Virus record (IMG/VR): IMGVR_UViG_3300035659_001663
Span: 1 to 64,000 of that record
Length of the DNA: 64,000 bases
Reading direction: 5' to 3' (one strand)
Source: a virus
Shown here: in pieces, positions 37,923 to 48,084 of the stretch
Layout: the number at the start of each line of letters is the position of its first letter
Numbering within the stretch: position 1 is the first letter of the stretch
The notes under the pieces: model-generated
Told to the model about the DNA's origin: nothing
Databases searched by the model: none
What the model saw: only the letters and a program-made list of their open reading frames with translations
Program-made: the position numbers and the translations under genes

Positions 37923-40580
37923 ATGGCTGATGAGATTGAAGATCGAGAAGAAGATCAAGAAGAGCAAGTGAATATTGATCAAGAAATTGGTCAGTTTGAT
38001 GTGAAGTCACATGAAGTATTGCCTAAGATGTATTTGGCTTATGCTTTGAGTGTCATCAAAGATCGATCATTGCCAGATATTCGTGACGGGCTAAAGCCTG
38101 TTGCACGACGTATACTATTCAGCATGAATGAAATGGGTCTTATGCATAACAAGCCGACAAGGAAATCTGCAAGAGTTGTTGGCGACGTTATGGGCAGACT
38201 TCATCCTCATGGCGACGGGGCAATATATGGCACTGCCGTCCGAATCGCGCAACCGTTTACAACTAGATATCCGTTAATAATTGGTCAAGGTAATTTTGGA
38301 TCATTAGAAGATCCGCCAGCTGCAATGCGATATACAGAAATGAAGATGGCTGAAATTACGCAAGAGGTTGTAGCTGATCTTGACAAAGAGACTGTTGACT
38401 TCAAACCTAATTTTGATGGCACATTACAAGAGCCCAAAGTATTGCCTACGAGACTTCCATTGTTTTTGCTGAATGGTTCTATTGGCATTGCTGTTGGTAT
38501 GGCTACTTCTGCACCACCGCACAATTTGACAGAAGTAGTCAATGCATTACTTGCTTTTATTGATAATGAAGACATTACTGTTGCTGAATTGACAAAGTTT
38601 ATTAAAGGACCTGATTTTCCGTCAGCAGCATATATGTTCGATTCAAATGTCAAAACTATATATGAAACTGGTCGTGGATCAGTAATTCTTCGAGCAAAAG
38701 CAGAAATCGAAGAGACTAACAAGAGACAACGAATCATAGTTACAGAATTACCATATCATGTAGATAGGTCGAAGTTGATTGCTCGAATTGCTGAGTTGTA
38801 TCAAGATAAGGAGAAAAAGCTTGAAGGTATTGAAGGTATTACAGACATTCGAGATGAATCTGATAAGACTGGAACGAGGATAGTTATTGAGTTGCGTAAG
38901 GGTGTCAAAGCCAAGATGGTTTTGAACACACTATATCGTAGAACTGAAATGCAGTCAAAACACTCTATATTGATGAGAGCATTGATTAACAATAGTCCTA
39001 AGTTAGTCGGGCTGAAGGAAGTGTTTTGGCATTTTGTGGATCATCGTAAGAGTGTTGTTATTAGACGAGCAGAATTTGATCTTAGGAGTGCAGAAAAACG
39101 AGATCATATACTACAAGGATTTTTGATTGCATTTGATAATCTCGACACGGTGATTCAAGATGTCAAGACTTCAAAATCAAATGAAGAAACTTACAAGCGA
39201 CTTCGTAAGTACAAACTGACTGATGAACAAATCAAGGCTATTCTTGAATTGAGAGTTCAACGTCTTGCTCAATTTGAACGTGATCAGATTACTACTGAAC
39301 GTAATGAGTTGGTTGCAAAGATCAATCAATTGCGACAACTATTAGATTCTGAAGACCTTGTGTTACAGACGATAAAGAATGAACTCATTGACATTAGAAC
39401 TAAATATGGTGATGAACGTCGCACAAAGATTATCAAGACGAGGCCTGAAGATGGCGGTGATGGAAATGTTGAGATTAAGGAGATTGAAGAGGTTCAAGAC
39501 GATGAAGTGATAGTGACAGTTACCCATAATGGTTTCGTAAAACGTACTCCGATTACTGAGTATAGGACTCAAAACATCAAAGGTAAAGGACTAATAGGTT
39601 GCGATGTTAAAGACGGAGATTATGTTGAAAGCATGTTCCAACTATCGACTAGAGATGCTACGTTAGTCTTTACAAACAATGGCAATTGTTACAAGATGAA
39701 TGTCTATGACATACCGTCATTGGGTCGGACAGCTTCGGGTAGTTCAATTCTAAATGTGATTGGAATGAATGAGGGTGAGAAAGTTGTAAGAGTGATACCT
39801 ATTACTAATCTTGATGGTAAAGCGTTTTTGATGGTTAGTAAAAAGGGTCAGATTAAGAAGTTGAAGTCTGAGAAATTGCGTCGACCAAGATCATCAGGTA
39901 CTAGAGTGATGGGACTCGATGAAGGTGATTTGTTGGTTGATGTTGCATTCATTGATAAGCAAGACATGAATGTTTTGATGGTTACAAGGGATGGTATATC
40001 AATACGGTTTGAAGAAAAAGCTATTCGTACATCTGGAAAGAGTAGTTCAGGTGTTCGGTCAATAAGACTGCAAGAGAACAACTACATCATTTCAATGAAT
40101 GTGTTTGAGAGTGCTAAGCATGAAGAACAGTTCATAATGATAGTGACTGAAAAGGGTTATTCAAAGAAGACAATATTGAGGAAATTTCGTATCCAGAAGA
40201 GAGGTGGACGTGGAGTTATTTGTATGGACATCAGTAGTACTACTGGCAAAATAGTATCTGCTGGAATTGCAAAGGATGAGAAGGAACAGTTCATTATTAT
40301 AACGGCCAAGGGAATTTTGATTCGGTTACGGTCAAAGCAGATTAGAAAACTTGGTCGTAATACTCAAGGTAGTCGCATTCAGAATGTGCAAAGTAATGAC
40401 TGTGTAGCAGCTGTTGCATTTCTTGGAATTGTAGATGAAGATGTCAAGTTTGATAAAGTACAAGATGCTGAAACTGATGCGAATGAAGTTATTGAGGATA
40501 AGGATGATGATAGTGAGTTTGCAAATGATGATGGTGAAGAAGATAATTCAAAAGAAGTAGATGATGACGAAAAAGAGTAA
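37923..40580 (+). CDS. gyrA: Type IIA topoisomerase (DNA gyrase) subunit A with beta-pinwheel CTD and acidic tail
   Basis: DGLKPV.RR, HPHGD, AAMRYTE (catalytic Tyr), GIAVGMAT, GPDFP, six CTD blades. Confidence 0.95.
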   Translation: MADEIEDREEDQEEQVNIDQEIGQFDVKSHEVLPKMYLAYALSVIKDRSLPDIRDGLKPVARRILFSMNEMGLMHNKPTRKSARVVGDVMGRLHPHGDGAIYGTAVRIAQPFTTRYPLIIGQGNFGSLEDPPAAMRYTEMKMAEITQEVVADLDKETVDFKPNFDGTLQEPKVLPTRLPLFLLNGSIGIAVGMATSAPPHNLTEVVNALLAFIDNEDITVAELTKFIKGPDFPSAAYMFDSNVKTIYETGRGSVILRAKAEIEETNKRQRIIVTELPYHVDRSKLIARIAELYQDKEKKLEGIEGITDIRDESDKTGTRIVIELRKGVKAKMVLNTLYRRTEMQSKHSILMRALINNSPKLVGLKEVFWHFVDHRKSVVIRRAEFDLRSAEKRDHILQGFLIAFDNLDTVIQDVKTSKSNEETYKRLRKYKLTDEQIKAILELRVQRLAQFERDQITTERNELVAKINQLRQLLDSEDLVLQTIKNELIDIRTKYGDERRTKIIKTRPEDGGDGNVEIKEIEEVQDDEVIVTVTHNGFVKRTPITEYRTQNIKGKGLIGCDVKDGDYVESMFQLSTRDATLVFTNNGNCYKMNVYDIPSLGRTASGSSILNVIGMNEGEKVVRVIPITNLDGKAFLMVSKKGQIKKLKSEKLRRPRSSGTRVMGLDEGDLLVDVAFIDKQDMNVLMVTRDGISIRFEEKAIRTSGKSSSGVRSIRLQENNYIISMNVFESAKHEEQFIMIVTEKGYSKKTILRKFRIQKRGGRGVICMDISSTTGKIVSAGIAKDEKEQFIIITAKGILIRLRSKQIRKLGRNTQGSRIQNVQSNDCVAAVAFLGIVDEDVKFDKVQDAETDANEVIEDKDDDSEFANDDGEEDNSKEVDDDEKE

Positions 40581-40794
40581 AGATCATATATCAGTGTGGC
40601 CATTTAGGCAAGCGCCGTCTGATATCAAAGAATTGACGTCTCAGGGTGATGATGAAGATTGGGTTGTATTTATTCCAAAAGCGCTTGCAGTTTCAGATAA
40701 TCCGAAACCTTTTTGGATAGAAGCAACTGATAGTATGCGAGAACCAGTTCAGATTGAAGTTGAAGATGGCACATTTTTTGTTGGATGTCATTAG
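40561..40794 (+). CDS. Hypothetical protein
   Basis: ISVWPF..AP......S.GDDEDWV; fills the gyrA-topA gap. Confidence 0.6.
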   Translation: MMTKKSKDHISVWPFRQAPSDIKELTSQGDDEDWVVFIPKALAVSDNPKPFWIEATDSMREPVQIEVEDGTFFVGCH

Positions 40795-40802
40795 GAGAAA
40801 TA

Positions 40803-42857
40803 ATGAAGACATTAATTATTGTAGAGTCACCTGGTAAAATCAAGACTATTCAAGGTATATTGGGTGCGAATTATTTGATAAAAGCTACGATTGGGCATCT
40901 GTACCACATTGATCCCAAAGATGATGCCATTGACATTGAAAACAATTTCGAACCAAGATATGTGGCTATTACAAAGAAGAAAGATGTAATTAAAGATCTC
41001 AAAACAGCTGCGGCAACTTGTGACGACGTCATTATTTGTAGTGATGAAGACCGTGAAGGAGAAAATATTGCATTTTCTGTAGCAAAATTTGTTCTTAAAG
41101 ATTTGAATGTGAAAAGAGCGGCATTTCAGGAGATAACAAAGACTGCAATATTGAATGCTGTAAGAAATCCTCGAAGAATTAACATGGACTTAGTGAATGC
41201 ACAGAAAGCGCGGTCTGTGCTAGATATGCTTGTAGGATTCAAAGTGTCACCGATATTGTGGAGAAAAGTTTGTAATGGTACATCAGCTGGTCGAGTACAA
41301 TCTATTGGTCTCATGCTTATTGTAGAGCGCCAAAAAGAAATCGATGCATTCAAACCCGAAGAGTATTGGGATATTACTGGATTGTTTTCTACGAGTAAAA
41401 ACGAAGAATTCAAATCTACGTATAAGAGTGACGAGAAGTTAATCTCAGAAGGTCAAGTTTCAAGTATACTGGATTCTATAGGCAAGATCAAGACTTGGTC
41501 TGTGAAGTCAATCTCCAAATCTAGAAAGAACAGATCGCCACAACCAGTATTCAATACTTCATCATTACAGCAATTCTGTTCTTCGACCTTCAGTTGGGAC
41601 GGTAAAAAGACGATGAAAGTCGCTCAGTCACTTTACGAAGGGTTTGCGATTGGCAATCATGAACGAATGGGATTGATAACATATCATAGAACAGATACTG
41701 TCGTAGTTAGTACTGAAGCTATGACAGGTCTAAGAGACTTCATCAAGACTTCTTTTGGTAGCAAGTATTTGCCTGATCAACCAATCATCTACAAGTCAAA
41801 GAACAAAAATGCACAAGAAGCACACGAAGGCATACGACCAACTCATTTGGAAATCTCTCTGAGTGAAGCAAAGAAAAGTCTTGAAGAAGATGAATATAGA
41901 TTGTATGAAGCAATCTACTACAAATTTGTCTCTTGCCAAATGACAGACGCAATATTTGATGTCACTAAGATTGAGATTACTTCAAGTGATAACAAACACA
42001 TGTTTGTTGCAAATGGACAAGTCTTAGTATTTGATGGATTTTTGAAGTGTTGGCCATATTCGACTGCTAAAGAGGAATCATTACCAAGTTTAGTTGAAAA
42101 TGAGAATGTAGTATTGAAAGATTCGAAGGGTGAACAGCATTTTACAAAGCCACCAGCAATGTATAATACAGCGTCTGTAGTTAAGAAGCTTGAAGAAGAG
42201 GGTATTGGTCGGCCGTCAACGTATGCGACTATTATTGACACTTTGCTGAAGAGACAATATGTGGAGAAAAAGGGCAAAGCATTTGTGCCGACTGAATTGG
42301 GAAAGAAAGTTGGTGAGTATTTAGTGAGTGCGTTTCCTGAATTGATGAACATGAATTTTACAGCACGTATTGAAGATCAGCTTGATGACGTTGCCGATGC
42401 TACAAAGGTTTGGTATAATGTAGTTGATGGATTTTATACAGAACTTAAGAAGCGGTTAGATGTGGCTAAAGAATCTAAGGGTGTGAAAAATCAAGGTACA
42501 ACTGATATTACATGTCCTACGTGTAACAAGTTTAAGTTGGTGAAAAGATTTAGTAGGTTTGGATCATTTTATGGTTGCGATGGATTTCGTGACAAAGAAA
42601 ATCAATGCACAGCGACATTCAAGATCGGGCCTGAAGGCGAGCCAATCGTCAAAGAAGTAAAAGAGAAGCGATATCTTGAGGGTGTAAAGTGTGACAAGTG
42701 TGGATCGCCAATCATAATTAGGACTGGGCACAAGTCAGGCAAAGAATTCGGTGGGTGTTCGAAATTTCCTAAGTGTCATAGAATGTTCTCTATGGATGGC
42801 TCGCCAATTGAATATAAGAGCAAACATCATAAAAAGTCTAAAAAAGATGAAGACTGA
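40803..42857 (+). CDS. topA: DNA topoisomerase I (type IA) with C-terminal Zn ribbons
   Basis: LIIVESPGK, DEDREGE, SAGRVQS, GLITYHRTD (catalytic Tyr), AQEAHEGIRPT, GIGRPSTYA, two C4 Zn ribbons. Confidence 0.95.
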   Translation: MKTLIIVESPGKIKTIQGILGANYLIKATIGHLYHIDPKDDAIDIENNFEPRYVAITKKKDVIKDLKTAAATCDDVIICSDEDREGENIAFSVAKFVLKDLNVKRAAFQEITKTAILNAVRNPRRINMDLVNAQKARSVLDMLVGFKVSPILWRKVCNGTSAGRVQSIGLMLIVERQKEIDAFKPEEYWDITGLFSTSKNEEFKSTYKSDEKLISEGQVSSILDSIGKIKTWSVKSISKSRKNRSPQPVFNTSSLQQFCSSTFSWDGKKTMKVAQSLYEGFAIGNHERMGLITYHRTDTVVVSTEAMTGLRDFIKTSFGSKYLPDQPIIYKSKNKNAQEAHEGIRPTHLEISLSEAKKSLEEDEYRLYEAIYYKFVSCQMTDAIFDVTKIEITSSDNKHMFVANGQVLVFDGFLKCWPYSTAKEESLPSLVENENVVLKDSKGEQHFTKPPAMYNTASVVKKLEEEGIGRPSTYATIIDTLLKRQYVEKKGKAFVPTELGKKVGEYLVSAFPELMNMNFTARIEDQLDDVADATKVWYNVVDGFYTELKKRLDVAKESKGVKNQGTTDITCPTCNKFKLVKRFSRFGSFYGCDGFRDKENQCTATFKIGPEGEPIVKEVKEKRYLEGVKCDKCGSPIIIRTGHKSGKEFGGCSKFPKCHRMFSMDGSPIEYKSKHHKKSKKDED

Positions 42858-43024
42858 TGTAGGGTTTGTTTCAGATACTCTGCTACCAGAAGAACTTCGC
42901 CGGACTGCTACAAAACAATTACTTCTCTTCGTTTTAACAACATTACCGTAATCTGATTGCCGTTCACATCTTTTGATATTTTGTGCATATTTAATATGCG
43001 CTATATTAAAGGAGATGAAGTCTT

Positions 43025-43213
43025 ATGTATTCAAAGACGGGTCTCAGATGTCCGGACTGCAATGAGATTAAAGATGCCATGATTCGTATTGTAATAGAGT
43101 TAGTTGACAAGAAATCAAAAGAAATAATTGAAGTCACGTACGGTGAGATAGTTTGCACTGATTGCTTTCAGGTTAGATACAAGGGTCGCACGAAGTTGAG
43201 AATTTATGTTTAA
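43025..43213 (+). CDS. Small Zn-finger protein
   Basis: CPDC...CTDC; AAGGAG SD. Confidence 0.55.
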   Translation: MYSKTGLRCPDCNEIKDAMIRIVIELVDKKSKEIIEVTYGEIVCTDCFQVRYKGRTKLRIYV

Positions 43214-43224
43214 GGAGGTAAACG

Positions 43225-44031
43225 ATGGACACTACAGTTACTAATATAACAACAATGTGGGGATTTTTTGCTCATCTTGGACCGATACAAGTTACAGCTA
43301 TGGTGTTAGTTATTGCTATTGTATTGATGATAATTATACTTGTGACTAAGCCGACAATCAAAATAGGGTCGAATAGTATTTCATTTAGGAAAAGATTAGA
43401 CGATGAAGATGATGAAAAGTTACCTGCACATGCTACATGTATACATAATGTTGATTTTTGTCATATAGTTTCAAAGACGACAGAGATTGTGACAAAGTTG
43501 TGCTATATTGACCACATTGATCGTGTAGAGAAACAAATGTCATATGTTGAAGAGAAGATGACGACAGTCAAGTCGATGTTGTTAGATAATTATTCGATGT
43601 TACTTAGAAGTAAGATTAAAGATTCGACATCAATTACAGCACATGAAGATTATATTACTTACCATAGGTTGGTCGAATCAATGTTGCGAGAGGATGTAAA
43701 GAGTTTTATAAAACGATCTATTTATGAAGAGAATTTTGAAGATTTAACTGATACTGAATTTAAAGTGTTTGTTAATGAAAAATTTGATTATATGTATCAG
43801 ATAGCGAGTGAGTTTATGGACATCTGGTACATTAGTAATAAGATGCTAATTACTAGAGATGAAATAAAAATGTCTGCTTTACAGTTAAGGCCTAAATTTC
43901 TAGACCTGTGTTTTGATGTTTATTCACGTGCAATTCGGTGGTTTCAAGAACAACAAAAAGAGAAAGATTCATTGCGCAAAGAGCTGGATGATTTTTATTA
44001 TAAAATCGTCGGCATCAAGCGTACAAATTAA
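43225..44031 (+). CDS. Membrane-anchored hypothetical protein
   Basis: AAGGAGG SD; hydrophobic segment VTAMVLVIAIVLMIIILV followed by a helical domain. Confidence 0.7.
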   Translation: MDTTVTNITTMWGFFAHLGPIQVTAMVLVIAIVLMIIILVTKPTIKIGSNSISFRKRLDDEDDEKLPAHATCIHNVDFCHIVSKTTEIVTKLCYIDHIDRVEKQMSYVEEKMTTVKSMLLDNYSMLLRSKIKDSTSITAHEDYITYHRLVESMLREDVKSFIKRSIYEENFEDLTDTEFKVFVNEKFDYMYQIASEFMDIWYISNKMLITRDEIKMSALQLRPKFLDLCFDVYSRAIRWFQEQQKEKDSLRKELDDFYYKIVGIKRTN

Positions 44032-44052
44032 ACCAAATGAAGGAGATGCATC

Positions 44053-44451
44053 ATGCCAATCTATGAATTCGTGTGTAAGAGCTGTGGTCTTGAATTTGAT
44101 GACATGAGAAAAGTTGATGATGTTAAAGCTAACTGTCCAGTATGTGGATCTGAGTCTGAGAAGTTAATGTCTGCAGCAGCTGTCGTTGTAAAAGGAAGTA
44201 CTAATGCTTCTATAGATACTATAATTGGTGCAGATGCAGAAAAACGGTGGACAGCAATTGAAGAACGTAAGAACAAGCGTAATAAAGAACAATTTGGATC
44301 AATTTCACAACAAGAATTGAATCAGAAAAACCAGCAACGAATCTCAGGGTTACTAAATAGACAGAATGAAGCTTATAGCGCAATTAGTAAAGCAAAAGCT
44401 GAAGCGGGAGTGACAAGGAAACAAGAGCTAGATCATGTTCTGAAAGGATAA
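44053..44451 (+). CDS. FmdB-family zinc-ribbon protein with helical tail
   Basis: MPIYEFVCKSCG...CPVCG...EKLMS. Confidence 0.85.
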   Translation: MPIYEFVCKSCGLEFDDMRKVDDVKANCPVCGSESEKLMSAAAVVVKGSTNASIDTIIGADAEKRWTAIEERKNKRNKEQFGSISQQELNQKNQQRISGLLNRQNEAYSAISKAKAEAGVTRKQELDHVLKG

Positions 44452-44454
44452 AAT

Positions 44455-45801
44455 ATGTTCAAAGTTGTGATTTCATCTAAGCTTGAAAGTATCTTACGAA
44501 GTAGAATGGTCAAGTGCGCGACTGATTGGCGTGACCAATATGTGATACATACTACTCCAGGTGGTAAGCAGACTCGTGTTAAGATTAGATCATTGCCGCC
44601 TGAAGAGCAAGCAAGATATGCACCTAAGAAAACTACAACAGGTTTTGAATTGTCACCAGTGCAAATTCAGTCTGAAGTGAAAGATTTTCAGACATCAGCT
44701 AATACGGCTAAGACATTGACTAACAAGTCGACATTGACGGCAGCTGAACAAGCACAGTTAAAAGATGCAAATAGAAAAAATCGACAGGCATTTGAACGAT
44801 TATACAGCAATTTCTTGCCAATGATATCAAAAACAATGAAAACAGTTATTGGTGAACGATGGCACAATACTACAACAGCAGATAGAGAAGACATTAAGCA
44901 GCAGGCTGCACAAATATTTGTAAAATTGCTTAACATTGCTGACGCTAATAATCCAGGACTAATTAGTTATTTCAAAACTTCAATAGAGAATCAGTTAAGA
45001 GGAAAAGTACGTGAGATTTTTAGAACGCCTGTTTCAATGGATCCAAAAGAACGACAAAAACTCAGAGCCATACAAAGATATTTGCACGAATATCAACAGA
45101 AGTATGGTGAAATGCCGTATGATTATGATGAAATGGCTAGAGACATAAACAGAGATAAGAAAAATATAGAGAAACAAATCACTACAGATGCAACTGAAAT
45201 TGGTGCATTACTACAAAGCGGTGTTGTAAGCCTAGAAGAACGAGTTGATGAAGGCGGTAGTAGCAGAGACATTCATGAAGTATTAGGTCCATCAAAAGTT
45301 AGACCTGGTGCCGGAGATACTTTATTGACTCCTGAAGAAGAGCAAACAGAAAAAGAAATGAAAAGTGTTGTCTTACATAGTATAGAATCTATGGGCGATG
45401 CTACAAAAGAAAAAGTTTTGAAGTTAAAGTTTGGTCTTATGCCACAGAATGAATTGCCTGAAGGGTATTTTGAGGGTGAAGAATTGAATCCTAGACAAAT
45501 TTCTGAAATAATGGGCATGCCGCGATCAACAGTCAGTAGAGAAATAGACAGAGCAGAAGCTAGATTGCGGCAAAATAAAGATATACAACGATTGCGACAG
45601 TCTTCATCAATTTTTAGAATTATCAAGTCATATAACAAACACATAAAAATTGCATATGTGCCAGATAAAATAGTGAAAATATCAAAAGATTCAGTACTAT
45701 TTGATGATAAATTTTTAGTGAAAAAGTTTGCGAGTCAGATTGTTTGCAATTGTGGTAAAGATTGCTTACATAGAGATGCAGCAAAACAGTATTTGAACTA
45801 A
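44455..45801 (+). CDS. Sigma70-family RNA polymerase sigma factor with N- and C-terminal extensions
   Basis: Region 2 (AFERLYSNFLPMI...EDIKQQA...ISYF...I), region 3 (VVSLEE), region 4 HTH (VLKLKFGL...PRQISEIMGMPRSTVSREIDRAEARLR); C-terminal CNCGKDCLH. Confidence 0.8.
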   Translation: MFKVVISSKLESILRSRMVKCATDWRDQYVIHTTPGGKQTRVKIRSLPPEEQARYAPKKTTTGFELSPVQIQSEVKDFQTSANTAKTLTNKSTLTAAEQAQLKDANRKNRQAFERLYSNFLPMISKTMKTVIGERWHNTTTADREDIKQQAAQIFVKLLNIADANNPGLISYFKTSIENQLRGKVREIFRTPVSMDPKERQKLRAIQRYLHEYQQKYGEMPYDYDEMARDINRDKKNIEKQITTDATEIGALLQSGVVSLEERVDEGGSSRDIHEVLGPSKVRPGAGDTLLTPEEEQTEKEMKSVVLHSIESMGDATKEKVLKLKFGLMPQNELPEGYFEGEELNPRQISEIMGMPRSTVSREIDRAEARLRQNKDIQRLRQSSSIFRIIKSYNKHIKIAYVPDKIVKISKDSVLFDDKFLVKKFASQIVCNCGKDCLHRDAAKQYLN

Positions 45802-45802
45802 C

Positions 45803-47719
45803 ATGGCGACAATAAAATCAAAATTAACGCAAATTGAATCTAAAGAATCGAATACTGCTTCGTCATTTGAAAACATCTTTAATGATTTCATCACGACGAT
45901 GATCAAGGAAGATGAATTAGTTGATATTCTAACATTTGTTAAGTCACCATATTACTTAAATATTAAAACGCTACAACCGCCACAACAGTTCATATTGAAA
46001 GTATTTTATGGACTTCAATTAGATGATCAAGATAAATGTATAAGACTAAAATCATTTCCACAGACTAGCAATGTTAAGTTTTTGACTGAAAAAGAATATG
46101 TATTATACTTGATGAATCAAAGAAGATGCAATCTAACATCAATTGATGATATATTAGCTTGTGCTGCCGGAGAATTAGTTTTAGCTTGCGGTCGAAGAGG
46201 TGGCAAAACATTTCTAGCATCAATTATTTCTGCATATGAGTCTTACAAATTGATTATTAAGGACAATCCACAAGCTTATTATTCGATGGCTGAAGATGAA
46301 GTTATCAAAATCGTAAATATAGCTTCTAGTGGTGATCAAGCTCTTGAACTTGCCACGCAGATTCAGAATAGGATATTCAATTCTGAATGGTTCTTACCGT
46401 ATATAGCAAGTTTTAATGATTCAGAAATAAATTTGAGGACTAAGCATGATATCAAGAAGATGAATGATGAAGAGAAACGATATGGTAAACCGTTAAAGAA
46501 ACGGTCTACAATACGAGTTGAATCATTACTTTGCTCTGCAAGAGGATCACGCGGTGGTTCTGTCATTGTGGCATTATTTGATGAGTTAGCACACTTTGTT
46601 GACAATGAAGGTAACCGTGGTGGTAAGAAGATTTATGAAAGCTTAACACCGTCTGGAGCTACTTTTGGAAAAGATAGCAAAATAATTTGCATATCTAGTC
46701 CATATACTAAGAGTGGTGTATTTTACGATTTATACTGTACATCATTTGAAGATAAAAACACGAGAATGTTACAGTTGCCGACTTGGGAAATGAATCCCAA
46801 GATCGATGATGACTTTCTCAAGAATAGATATAAAAAAGACACTGAATCATTCTGGACTGAATATGGTGCACAATTCTCAACTACTATTACTGGCTTCTTT
46901 AAGTTCCCTGAAAAGATTCAAGAATGTGTCAGTGTTTTAGGTTATACAGATTATGTTGATGAGAACAATGAAGCTAAGAAAGCACCAATTTATAGACAAG
47001 AAACAGAAAGTGCTATAGGAAGACAGCGGTATTATATAGCTCTCGACCCAGCTGTTCAAGCAAATGGTTATTCGTTAGCCATGGTTCATTGTGAACGTGA
47101 TGAGCATAATAGATTAATAGTAGTAGTAGATAAGTGGAGAAAATGGTCGATTAATGATCCTGAATTTTCTGAATATGACTTTATAGATATTGAATTGATT
47201 GACAACTATGTAATGGATTTGACTAAGAGGTTTAGAGTTGACAAGATAGTGTATGACCAATTTGAATCTGCTGCATCAATACAGAAGTTCATAAAGGCAG
47301 GTATTGATGCCATTAAGACGCACTTTTCGCGTCAATATAATATGAAAATCTATAAGAATTTGCGGTCTATAATATATGATAAGCGACTGGCTCTTTTGCA
47401 TAATGAAGACGGTATAAGAGAATTGGTGTATTTACAAGAGAAAAGTGTTGGTAAGAAGCAATTCACTGTAGAAGCGCCCAAAACTGGTGATGTTACAACT
47501 GACGACTTAGCAGACGTATTGGCCAACGCAGTATCTATAGCTTTAGAAAATGAGATGGAAAAATCGTCTGCTAGTATCTCATCTATTTCTGTTTCTGCTG
47601 CTAGTCATGCTCAAGCAGCCGGTGTGAATTTGAGTGGTAGACGGTCATATTCATCTATTGCTGCAATGTCGTCTATGGATAGATTGATGCTTGCTAGACG
47701 AATGGGAATACATAGATAA
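45803..47719 (+). CDS. terL: Terminase large subunit
   Basis: Walker A CGRRGGKT, Walker B LFDELAHF, ISSP coupling motif, EYGAQF, nuclease ALDPA, YDQFES, DDLAD. Confidence 0.93.
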   Translation: MATIKSKLTQIESKESNTASSFENIFNDFITTMIKEDELVDILTFVKSPYYLNIKTLQPPQQFILKVFYGLQLDDQDKCIRLKSFPQTSNVKFLTEKEYVLYLMNQRRCNLTSIDDILACAAGELVLACGRRGGKTFLASIISAYESYKLIIKDNPQAYYSMAEDEVIKIVNIASSGDQALELATQIQNRIFNSEWFLPYIASFNDSEINLRTKHDIKKMNDEEKRYGKPLKKRSTIRVESLLCSARGSRGGSVIVALFDELAHFVDNEGNRGGKKIYESLTPSGATFGKDSKIICISSPYTKSGVFYDLYCTSFEDKNTRMLQLPTWEMNPKIDDDFLKNRYKKDTESFWTEYGAQFSTTITGFFKFPEKIQECVSVLGYTDYVDENNEAKKAPIYRQETESAIGRQRYYIALDPAVQANGYSLAMVHCERDEHNRLIVVVDKWRKWSINDPEFSEYDFIDIELIDNYVMDLTKRFRVDKIVYDQFESAASIQKFIKAGIDAIKTHFSRQYNMKIYKNLRSIIYDKRLALLHNEDGIRELVYLQEKSVGKKQFTVEAPKTGDVTTDDLADVLANAVSIALENEMEKSSASISSISVSAASHAQAAGVNLSGRRSYSSIAAMSSMDRLMLARRMGIHR

Positions 47720-48084
47720 TGAATTATTATGAGAAAATTAAAGACTATCAAGAACGCAGGCGTAAGGCAAGTGAATTAGCAAGTAAAGTGCCTATAACAG
47801 CAGAATCGTTTTTGCAGCAATTGTTGAGCATGAGTAAATTTGCAAATGAATTACCAGTTGAGATAACATATCGTAAGAATAGATTGCAAAACAATATTTC
47901 AAGCTTAGTACAATGCGTTGATGAATTGAAGTATGAACTACAATCACTGATTAATGATTGTGGTATACAAATACATGGATTGATAGTACAACAAAATCTT
48001 GAAAAACTAGTAGAGGAGAAGAAAAATGCGTCAAAATCAAACGCCAGATTGGCTCGACGAATTAATCACAAAAGAGAGTCATGA
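47719..48084 (+). CDS. Hypothetical protein (head module)
   Basis: Coupled to terL (TAATG). Confidence 0.6.
   Translation: MNYYEKIKDYQERRRKASELASKVPITAESFLQQLLSMSKFANELPVEITYRKNRLQNNISSLVQCVDELKYELQSLINDCGIQIHGLIVQQNLEKLVEEKKNASKSNARLARRINHKRES

Noticed and set aside
35978-42857. Bacterial chromosome or prophage-host junction at gyrB-gyrA-topA
   Set aside because: The genes are interleaved with small phage-type ORFs, lack dnaA/dnaN/recF context, and run continuously into the terminase module.
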